From: Candidatus Omnitrophota bacterium
GTDB taxonomy: Bacteria > Omnitrophota > Gorgyraeia > Zapsychrales > Zapsychraceae
Length of the DNA stretch: 64,000 nt
Direction of reading: 5' to 3'
NCBI GenBank assembly: GCA_015233115.1
Contig: JADFYJ010000011.1
Location: 17,824 to 81,823, forward strand
The notes under the pieces: generated by a model
The model's database searches: none
Seen by the model: only the letters and a program-made list of their open reading frames with translations
Told to the model about the DNA's origin: nothing
Position numbers and translations under genes: made by a program
In this document: in pieces, positions 39,077 to 46,953 of the stretch
Position numbering within the stretch: the stretch's first letter is position 1
How the letters are laid out: every line of letters starts with the position of its first letter

Positions 39077-39523
39077 GGTTGATGGTTTTTGGTTGATGGT
39101 TTTTGGTTATTGAATGGTGAAGGAAATTTTAAATGTTTAGTTTTGAAAAATTGGAAGTTTGGCAGGAATCTTTAAAGTTAGTTTTAGAGATAAATAAACT
39201 GACCAAGATTTTTCCTAAAGAAGAAATGTTTGCGTTAAGTAGTCAAATGAAACGTGCTGTATTGTCGATTTCTTTAAATATTGCAGAGGGTTCGGGTCGA
39301 TCTACAAAGTTAGATTTTAAAAGGTTTGTTCAAATAGCTATCGGTTCAACTAATGAAACAGTTACGTGTTTATTTGTAGCAAAGAATCAAAAATATATTG
39401 ATGAAATTATTTTTTCACAATTTTATTTAAAATTAGAGTCAATTTCGAAGATGTTGTATTCGATGGAAAAATATTTAAAAGTCAATTAAATCAACAAAAA
39501 CCAACAACCAAAAACCATCAACC
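39077..39523. mobile_element. Putative element: four-helix-bundle gene enclosed by inverted GGTTGAT/GGTTTTT heptamer arrays
   Basis: Left arm 39077-39113 and reverse-complementary right arm 39491-39523 tightly bracket the gene. Confidence 0.55.
39133..39489 (+). CDS. Four helix bundle protein (23S rRNA intervening-sequence protein / Avd-like family)
   Basis: FEKLEVWQ, FPKEEMFALSSQMKRAVLSISLNIAEGSGR, FVQIAIGSTNE. Confidence 0.92.
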   Translation: MFSFEKLEVWQESLKLVLEINKLTKIFPKEEMFALSSQMKRAVLSISLNIAEGSGRSTKLDFKRFVQIAIGSTNETVTCLFVAKNQKYIDEIIFSQFYLKLESISKMLYSMEKYLKVN

Positions 39524-39528
39524 GATAT

Positions 39529-39711
39529 ATGAAATCTTTTCGTCGTCATCAAGAATTAGGTCAAAATCTTATTGAATATACTATGGTTTTTATTTTGGCA
39601 GTTCTCGTATTGATTGTTTTTTTGCGGCCTAAAGGACTATTTGTCAATCAGGTCAATAAATCCTTGGATCAGGCCGTCTCGTTTATTGGTCAAGAATTAA
39701 AGAAAAAATAG
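39529..39711 (+). CDS. Flp/type IV pilin-like small protein
   Basis: Class III signal-like GQNLIEY followed by a hydrophobic helix. Confidence 0.6.
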   Translation: MKSFRRHQELGQNLIEYTMVFILAVLVLIVFLRPKGLFVNQVNKSLDQAVSFIGQELKKK

Positions 39712-39713
39712 GC

Positions 39714-40139
39714 ATGAAAAGTCTCGACAGTAATCAAAAAAATTTGACCCGCCGTTATCTCAGCTGGTGTTACAAGACCACAAAAGAAGATCTGGACCGA
39801 ATTGACCGCTATTTTACTCAATTGACAGTCGATGATTTTATTTTAAATAAACTGCGCGGTTCCAAAGAATTCAAAGTATCTGCGAACAAAGATTTTGCAA
39901 AATTAGTTAATGATTTCGGAGATTACCGGAATAAGAAAGAAGAGCGGGTTTTAGCGCAAAAATTTGAAAATCAAGCCCGTAAAGTTTTACAGCCGCAGTA
40001 TTTATACCTCCAAAAACGCTTTCAAGCCATTGAAGCCGCGATCGTTCATTTTTTAGGCGATAAAGAATTGAAAAAGATAATTGATGCTTATGAACGAGAA
40101 ATGACGACACGGATACTTCAATCAAGGGAACACAAATAA
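39714..40139 (+). CDS. Hypothetical protein
   Basis: 141-aa ORF directly after the pilin-like gene. Confidence 0.65.
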   Translation: MKSLDSNQKNLTRRYLSWCYKTTKEDLDRIDRYFTQLTVDDFILNKLRGSKEFKVSANKDFAKLVNDFGDYRNKKEERVLAQKFENQARKVLQPQYLYLQKRFQAIEAAIVHFLGDKELKKIIDAYEREMTTRILQSREHK

Positions 40140-40142
40140 AGC

Positions 40143-40236
40143 GGTTAATGGTTGTTGGTTTTTAGTTTTTGGAAAAAAATCATAAAAAATATTTTTGAAT
40201 TAACAACCAAAAACCATCAACCAAAAACTATCAACC
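40143..40236. repeat. Empty inverted GGTTGAT-type arrays
   Basis: ggttaatggttgttggtttttagtttttgg ... aacaaccaaaaaccatcaaccaaaaactatcaacc. Confidence 0.8.
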
Positions 40237-40245
40237 AAACTAATT

Positions 40246-40488
40246 TTATTTCAAATGACTTCGATACGCGTCCATTTTGCGTTCCTGGGCAGCTCTGGCG
40301 CGCTCTTCTTGCCTGCGGGTTTGTTCAATAAAATCTGCTTGTTGTTTGTCTATGGTCTCGATCTTTTCGCTATTACTCTGCGGGATATCTTTAAACCCTT
40401 TACGAATTAGCTGTGACGCGCCTTGAAAAACTAAAAGCGCGACCACTACGCATATAATTGTCATGCTTAGCCATTCAAAATCTTCCAT
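40246..40488 (-). CDS. Small membrane-anchored hypothetical protein
   Basis: gaggt RBS, N-terminal TM, coiled-coil tail. Confidence 0.6.
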   Translation of the reverse strand: MEDFEWLSMTIICVVVALLVFQGASQLIRKGFKDIPQSNSEKIETIDKQQADFIEQTRRQEERARAAQERKMDAYRSHLK

Positions 40489-40668
40489 ACGTACCTCACC
40501 GGTTATTTATTATATTTAACCATTTTTTTTAACTTTAGGGAAAAATATTTTGTTTTTTGAGGATTTTTTTTCCACGCTGTATTCTCCGACGGAAATCGGG
40601 TGAGAGGTAAGGCGGTGCGGTTCATTGACAAAATGCTTTTATGTGGCACACTTTAGACACTATTTTTT

Positions 40669-40738
40669 AAATAGTAAATAGCAAATAGCAAATAGCAAAT
40701 AGTAAATAACAAATAACAAAACCAAAAATCAAAAACCA
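40669..40738 (+). repeat. AAATAGC heptamer tandem array upstream of giant protein B
   Basis: aaatagtaaatagcaaatagcaaatagcaaatagtaaataacaaataac. Confidence 0.8.
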
Positions 40739-40774
40739 CATTCATATAATCATTTTTCAACGGAGATTCAACTC

Positions 40775-43700
40775 ATGTTTTCTGCAAAAAAAGTTATTTC
40801 ATCTGTTTTACTGGTCGTTATTTCTTTAACCTTTACAGTGCCGCCGCAATATGCGCAAGCACAATTTGTATTGACGCCAAGCATTCCTGCGCCAACAAGT
40901 TACGTTCCTGTTATAATCAAGGGCGTAAATCTTAATCCGCAGAATCCGCTCAAGTTCGATTTTATTATCGACCGAGGAACTTCCTCCGCTGATTTGCCTT
41001 TGGCAAATCAAAGCGCGGAGGCTGCGTTTCGTTCCGAATCGCAGAAACTAATCCGCTACTTTTTAGCTTCTTTAACTATCCCCCAAAAAGATATGTGGGT
41101 TAACCTTTCGCCGAATGAGCCAGACAGAATTGTGCCACAAACTTTTGGTAACACAGAAATGGGCCGCGATTTATTAGCGCAAGATTTTATGCTGAAACAA
41201 CTGACAGCCAGTCTCATGAGCCCGGATGGAGAAGTGGGACGAAAGTTTTGGGATAAAGTCTACGCCAAAATTTACGAAACTCCCTCTCCCCTTCGGGGAG
41301 AGGGTAGGGTGAGGGGTTTAGAAATCCCCACCGACATTTTTAACAAAGTCTGGATTGTCCCATCTAAAGCCAAAATTTATGAACATGAAAAAGGTGCGTT
41401 TATTACAGATACAGCGTTTAAAGTCATGACAGAGCGCGACTATGTCGCGCAGACACAAGACACAGGACACAAGTCACAAGAAGGACAAGATGCTGTGACC
41501 TTACAAATAGTCAAAGATGTTATCATCCCCGCTATTGAACAAGAAGTCAACCATGGCAAAACTTTTGCTAACTTGCGCCAGATCTATAATTCTCTTATCT
41601 TAGCCATGTGGTACAAAGAAAAAGTTAAGAAAAGCGTGCTCGGCCAGGCTTACTCTAATAAAGAGAAGACTTCTGGTCTAGAAGTCGCCTCAAATGAAAA
41701 ACAAAAGATCTACCAACAATATCTCGACGCTTTCCGTAAAGGCGCGAGTAATGCGATTAAAGAAGAATATGATCCCAATACCCAACAAATTGTAGCCCGG
41801 AAATATTTCTCTGGCGGTATTCAAGCAGATCAGGCACAAATTTCATTAGCTACAAAAGAGGAAATGGACGCGGCTATGAAAGCTGCCATTGCCACGGAGA
41901 ATGTTGCGACGGTAATTCAGTTTGCAGGAGCCAAAGCCCCTGACGCGGCGATGACCAGCGAAATTGTTAAAGAAATAGTTAAAAGTTTTGTTGAAGATTT
42001 TAAAAGAAAGCGTCTACCTGGTGGTTTTAATTTTTCTGTTGATGCCCAACAAAGCGGAGAAGATGTTATAGTTACAATTGAACAAACTACCAGGTCTCTG
42101 CCCCCGATACTAATTCAAGATTTTTATCACTATGTTAGCTGGTTGACAAATAAATTTACTTCTCCAATTAAATTGACACCGATGGATAGTCTGAGTGCGT
42201 ATATGCGTAAATTTAAAATTTCCGACGCGGCGATGATGTCTGTAGAGAAATACAATCGGGTGATAAAAGATGCTGAGCAAGCTTGGGGAGGAGAATTGGA
42301 GCGAGCGGATCAATTGGTTGAGTTTTTGAAAAATCGATTTAATCCTGAAAAAGCTTTGGAATCAGGAGCGATTTTTATTCCCAGGGCTGTGGTGCAGAAT
42401 GAAGCGCGGATGGGTTTAACGCCTATTGGGATTAAACTGTTAAAAAGTTTAGGCATTAAAAATGAAATTTATGTCGAAGCTGCAGCAGGAATAAATCGGC
42501 AGAGTGGCAAGGTTTATTTCACGGATGCGTATTACATAAATGCTGGAGCAAAAATTTTGTCCCATGATGAATTTTATAAACGGGCGGAACAAGCAGATAA
42601 AAAAGTTGTGGTGAGCATTAAGGAACCGCAAGAATCAGAATACAAATTATTAAAAAACGCGCTGTTATTTACTTATTTGCATTTGGCGGATAGCCCTAAG
42701 TTGACTCAGGATTTGTTAAATTTATTAGCAACTGGTGTGGCGTATGAAACTATTGCTTTTAAAACGCCAGAGGGGATAACCAGAACTCCGGTGTTAGCTC
42801 CTGCCAGTATTGCCGCTGGGTGGGTCAGCGCGGCCCGTACTGCCGCATTTTTTGGGGGGATAATTAATGACGAAAGACAGCGTATATTTGCAGAATCATT
42901 ACAGTATTATGCCACTTCTGAAAATTTCCCTCTTAACTTGCGGAAAAGTTTAGAAGGAATAACTGTAACTGTTCTGGGCGGCGGAGTTGCCGGAGAAAGC
43001 GCAGCCATAACTCTCGCGAAAATGGGAGCAAAGGTTTATATCACAGAAGTTAATCCTAAAAGGATCCTGGAGTTAGAAAAGATAATCACTTCACAAGGAT
43101 TAGGATTAGCGATTACAGTTTTAAAAAGAGATCTTTCTGTTCCACGGGTCTTTGACCAATTTCGAACAGAATTGTTAGAATCATCCGCGATAATTGGCGC
43201 CGTTCTTATCCCCGGAGCCAAGGCGCCGAAAGAGATAGATGAATCAACATATGAAGCGCTGGTCAAAGGAGGAAAATTTAAATTTTTTGCTGATATAGCG
43301 ATTGATCAAGGCGGAAATAACGTCAGAAGTGTCGCGCGTAAATATCAAGATGGCTGGCCTATGGATGAAAATCGAGTCGGACAATTTACTGTGACAAACA
43401 TGCCCAGCGTTGTTCCTTTGCAGGTTTCATTTGGTTTGGAACGAGCCAAATTAGCGTATTTAGTAGCGCTTTTGATGGGCACACCAGAAGCGGTCAAGGC
43501 GTTTCCCGAATTAGAGCAGGGTGTGAACATCCGTAATGGCCAGATCACGAATAAGCCGGTCGGGGAAGCGGTTAGAATGGATGCTGTTTCATTAAAAGAA
43601 GCAGATGAAGCAATCGCGACAGTTGATGCGGCGATGACCGTAGACCCGTTTAATCTTACTACAAAAAATGTGGCGGAATGGGATAATATTCAACGGGCGA

Positions 43701-45784
43701 TAACTGATGATGTTATTTCTAACCGGGTCATTCCTTTAATTAAAGGCAGTTATTTGAAGGGGGTAGAAAAAAATCAGTTAATAAACACAATTCAAAAACT
43801 ACGGGAAATATCTTCGGTTGATTTTGAAAAAAGCAAAAAAGATAACCCGCTTCATCACAGTTTTATAGTTCTGGATATTGTGTTACAGATTGCTTTTGGA
43901 AAAAAATTATTCTATCCGGAAATTAAAAAACTGGCAGCTTTAGCCATTCTGCATGATTTAGGTTATGGCGCGTTAGAAGAAAGCAAAGGTCGTATCAGTA
44001 GTGGTAAGATTAAACAAATGATTAAGGATTATGAGCTTCAAAAGGATAGTTTATCCAAGGAACTGAGGGAGGAAAAAGTAGCGGCAATAAAAAAAGCCAT
44101 TCAAGGTGCTATTGATGCTAGAAATGAGCATATGGAAAAAGGCGTTTTTATAGCTCAAATATTGTTAGAGAAATTTAATAAAGAAGATTCTGATCCGGAC
44201 GATAAGTTTAGTCCTGAAGATATTAAGGAGATATGTGCGTTAGTCGGGATGCATGATAATCCTGGTATTGCTAAGACGTATGAAACTGAAGAATATAAAC
44301 CATATATATCTGGATCAGCTGATAAATTACTTATTGGTAAAGATAAGCAACTAGCGCTTATTTTTCGTGAAGCAGACAGATTGTGGATGCTTTCCTATGA
44401 AGGATTAATAAAGGATTTAATGGATAGTTTGCTTAAAGGTGACAACCCTCTCTCTGTTGAGAAACAGCTCGTCAATAATATCGCTGTATTTAGTGATGAA
44501 CGAAAGTCATACGATGCGACAGGTAAAGATTATGGCAATTTTAAAGGCGATACTTTCATTAGAACTGACACAGGTTATAAAATATATAAAGATTTTATCC
44601 AGGCATGGCAAAAGATAATCAAAGATCATGCTGCTTTAGTGAAGGCTTTTAAAATCCAAAGGTTTGATTTTAATAGAGCGACCGATACTGCGATGACTGC
44701 ATTTGAAGAGAAGAGACAGACTTTTAGAGATAATTTATTAGCTATAGTGCAAAAGGGCTGTCAACCTAGTGGACTCTCCATATTGAGAAAGCAAATAACA
44801 GAGTTTATCATTTTAGAACAAGATTCGCCGTATCTCTCCAGATTTTTATATAATTTTTTAAATGATCTAGTTGAATTGCATCAGTCTTTAAATGCTGACA
44901 AAGCCGATGCTTTATATTCCTTATTTCACAATTTAAATGACTGGGTGGCAGGAATAAAAACTAGTAATGGAGCCATCTTAATAGATTATTGGGTTGAGAC
45001 AGAAAACGGAAAAATGAAATTAGAAAAAAATAAATCATGGATCTATTCTCGCGATATAGTGATTAGGGATACGATTTTCTTAATTTTGTTACGTAATTTA
45101 TTGATCAACATGCCAATGACTGCAGATTTTAAAGAAACAAGTGCCGGAAAAATTCCTGATATGAAATCGGTTCTGGAAGTCGATAAAAATTTTAAGATGC
45201 AGCTTAATTTGCTTAAAGGAATTAATCCTCAAAAATTAAGCAGTCTTAAGAAAAATTTTGCAGGAGCCATATCGTCAATAAAGGCATGGTCAGAGGTTTC
45301 TGAAGTATGGGATAACGTTGAAGGCGTTGTCTCAATCGTCTCGTCTCCTTGTCAAGAATCCGCGAAACAATTGAATGATTTTTATGCAAGCATTCCCGAC
45401 AAGGCGATGACAGTGGATGAGGAAAATAAAACAGACGGTGGTATCGACTTAAACGCCGCGCAGTTTTCCGTTGGAGTTGATAAACAGGGAAAAGGGTTTG
45501 AATATAATGTGGATCCGGCTATGTTACAGCAATTCATCAACGCGCCGGGGGTTAACGCGATTATTACCAATATTCAGCCGATTACCAATTTGCCGGTGTT
45601 TTTGGGGTTGGCAGTGGGGAAACCCCGTAAAATCGCTTATGCGATCACGGGGTCGGAAAAAACTGATCAAGTCGCGCTTCAGCTTTCTTTATTGGATGTC
45701 ATGGATAGCTTGACGATAAGGTTCGGGTATGATACATTTATTTTGAAAAATAAGGAGGTCGATTGCCAACAATTTTGGTCGTAG
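40775..45784 (+). CDS. Giant secreted modular protein B (conserved N-domain, alanine dehydrogenase and HD-domain cargo, GGIDLN C-domain)
   Basis: 1669-aa ORF; signal peptide (YAQAQ); paralogous N/C domains; DxAM junctions; AlaDH and HD motifs. Confidence 0.85.
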   Translation: MFSAKKVISSVLLVVISLTFTVPPQYAQAQFVLTPSIPAPTSYVPVIIKGVNLNPQNPLKFDFIIDRGTSSADLPLANQSAEAAFRSESQKLIRYFLASLTIPQKDMWVNLSPNEPDRIVPQTFGNTEMGRDLLAQDFMLKQLTASLMSPDGEVGRKFWDKVYAKIYETPSPLRGEGRVRGLEIPTDIFNKVWIVPSKAKIYEHEKGAFITDTAFKVMTERDYVAQTQDTGHKSQEGQDAVTLQIVKDVIIPAIEQEVNHGKTFANLRQIYNSLILAMWYKEKVKKSVLGQAYSNKEKTSGLEVASNEKQKIYQQYLDAFRKGASNAIKEEYDPNTQQIVARKYFSGGIQADQAQISLATKEEMDAAMKAAIATENVATVIQFAGAKAPDAAMTSEIVKEIVKSFVEDFKRKRLPGGFNFSVDAQQSGEDVIVTIEQTTRSLPPILIQDFYHYVSWLTNKFTSPIKLTPMDSLSAYMRKFKISDAAMMSVEKYNRVIKDAEQAWGGELERADQLVEFLKNRFNPEKALESGAIFIPRAVVQNEARMGLTPIGIKLLKSLGIKNEIYVEAAAGINRQSGKVYFTDAYYINAGAKILSHDEFYKRAEQADKKVVVSIKEPQESEYKLLKNALLFTYLHLADSPKLTQDLLNLLATGVAYETIAFKTPEGITRTPVLAPASIAAGWVSAARTAAFFGGIINDERQRIFAESLQYYATSENFPLNLRKSLEGITVTVLGGGVAGESAAITLAKMGAKVYITEVNPKRILELEKIITSQGLGLAITVLKRDLSVPRVFDQFRTELLESSAIIGAVLIPGAKAPKEIDESTYEALVKGGKFKFFADIAIDQGGNNVRSVARKYQDGWPMDENRVGQFTVTNMPSVVPLQVSFGLERAKLAYLVALLMGTPEAVKAFPELEQGVNIRNGQITNKPVGEAVRMDAVSLKEADEAIATVDAAMTVDPFNLTTKNVAEWDNIQRAITDDVISNRVIPLIKGSYLKGVEKNQLINTIQKLREISSVDFEKSKKDNPLHHSFIVLDIVLQIAFGKKLFYPEIKKLAALAILHDLGYGALEESKGRISSGKIKQMIKDYELQKDSLSKELREEKVAAIKKAIQGAIDARNEHMEKGVFIAQILLEKFNKEDSDPDDKFSPEDIKEICALVGMHDNPGIAKTYETEEYKPYISGSADKLLIGKDKQLALIFREADRLWMLSYEGLIKDLMDSLLKGDNPLSVEKQLVNNIAVFSDERKSYDATGKDYGNFKGDTFIRTDTGYKIYKDFIQAWQKIIKDHAALVKAFKIQRFDFNRATDTAMTAFEEKRQTFRDNLLAIVQKGCQPSGLSILRKQITEFIILEQDSPYLSRFLYNFLNDLVELHQSLNADKADALYSLFHNLNDWVAGIKTSNGAILIDYWVETENGKMKLEKNKSWIYSRDIVIRDTIFLILLRNLLINMPMTADFKETSAGKIPDMKSVLEVDKNFKMQLNLLKGINPQKLSSLKKNFAGAISSIKAWSEVSEVWDNVEGVVSIVSSPCQESAKQLNDFYASIPDKAMTVDEENKTDGGIDLNAAQFSVGVDKQGKGFEYNVDPAMLQQFINAPGVNAIITNIQPITNLPVFLGLAVGKPRKIAYAITGSEKTDQVALQLSLLDVMDSLTIRFGYDTFILKNKEVDCQQFWS

Positions 45785-45999
45785 GGCCTTATAGATTCTT
45801 TTTTTATTCAAGTGATGCGAATGAACCGATTCACGTTCATGTTCAGTCTGAAGACTCATCGGCAAAAGTTTGGGTTAAACCTTTACGACTACAATCATCC
45901 AAAGGGTTTAATCAGCGGCAGATAAGTGAAATTTTGAAAATTGTTGAAAGGCATATCCCTCTTTTTGAAAGGAAATGGCATGAATATTTTAAGTTTTGA
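45763..45999 (+). CDS. DUF4160 family protein (putative toxin-antitoxin component)
   Basis: MPTILVVGPYRFFFYS...EPIHVHV...AKVW...WHEYF; aaggagg RBS before TTG. Confidence 0.85.
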   Translation: MPTILVVGPYRFFFYSSDANEPIHVHVQSEDSSAKVWVKPLRLQSSKGFNQRQISEILKIVERHIPLFERKWHEYFKF

Positions 46000-46276
46000 G
46001 CATGAATGTCTTGCTACAAAGCTGTCTTTTTCCGAGGATTCTTTCACGGTTTATCTAAATGATGGACGCCATCTCACCATCCCATTAGCTTGGTATCCGA
46101 GGCTCCTCGCAGGAACTAAACAGGAACGTGAAAATTATGCACTGATTGGAGGCGGTGAAGGCGTTCATTGGTCTAAATTGGATGAGGATATACTTATCGA
46201 AGGGCTCTTAGCTGGACATCATTCTAAAGAAAACCAGAGTTCGCTCAAAAAATGGCTTCAAAAACGAAAAAAATGA
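45980..46276 (+). CDS. DUF2442 family protein
   Basis: LNDGRHLTIPLAWYPRL, GGGEGVHWSKLDEDILIEGLLAG. Confidence 0.85.
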   Translation: MNILSFEHECLATKLSFSEDSFTVYLNDGRHLTIPLAWYPRLLAGTKQERENYALIGGGEGVHWSKLDEDILIEGLLAGHHSKENQSSLKKWLQKRKK

Positions 46277-46433
46277 ATGTTCGTGTCAGTGATATCGTGA
46301 GGATGTCTTTGAGAAAGTTTTTTACTTTGCTTCGGTTTAAGCATCTGCATAAAAAGACTGTTCGTTTTTCTCGTCAAGCAGGTTATATTTCTGAAACTGA
46401 TATTTTTAAACTGCAATGAAAATCGTTTTTGAT
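46273..46433 (+). pseudogene. Remnant of CopG/RHH antitoxin + PIN toxin pair
   Basis: 48-codon ORF SDIVRMSLRKF...QAGYISETDIF whose stop overlaps an ATG giving MKIVFD, then degenerates. Confidence 0.4.
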
Positions 46434-46452
46434 TTCGATCCGGAATTTACAA

Positions 46453-46481
46453 TTGACTATTATATATACGGATAGTATAAT
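46453..46481 (+). promoter_or_regulatory. Sigma-70 promoter for rpsO-pnp
   Basis: TTGACT-17 nt-TATAAT. Confidence 0.75.
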
Positions 46482-46666
46482 GCGAACCTAACTGAGGGTT
46501 TGTCGCTGCATTTTAGACACTTGAAAAACGCTTATCTATGGCCTTTTCTCGTTTCCAGCAGGACTGCGCTGTACTTACATTAATTATTTGTAATCAAGGG
46601 ATTACGAAAAGGCAGAGCGGTTAAGATAGCCCACTGATAAACAAATGGTTGAAACAGGAGGAAAAC

Positions 46667-46936
46667 GTGGTTTTACAAAAGGATCAAAAACAGCAGGTTA
46701 TTGACGCTTACAAAACGCACACCAATGACACAGGGTCAGCCGTCGTGCAAATCGCACTTCTTTCGAGCCGGATTGAATATTTGGCGGATCACTTCAAGGC
46801 TCACAAAAAAGATTTCAATTCGCGTCGGGGATTGTTAAAAATGATCAGTCAGAGACGGCGCCTTTTGAGTTATCTTAAGAAAACAGATGCTCAGAAGTAT
46901 CAAGAGACAATTGATAAGTTAAACTTACGGAAATAG
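46667..46936 (+). CDS. rpsO: 30S ribosomal protein S15
   Basis: [38 protein letters not shown]; GTG start after aggagg. Confidence 0.97.
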   Translation: MVLQKDQKQQVIDAYKTHTNDTGSAVVQIALLSSRIEYLADHFKAHKKDFNSRRGLLKMISQRRRLLSYLKKTDAQKYQETIDKLNLRK

Positions 46937-46953
46937 GAAAAAGCGAGGTTTGG

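Noticed and set aside
39133-39489. Diversity-generating retroelement (Avd-like gene)
   Set aside because: No reverse transcriptase and no TR/VR pair with adenine-specific differences seen; differences in the 1.6-kb duplication are not restricted to A.
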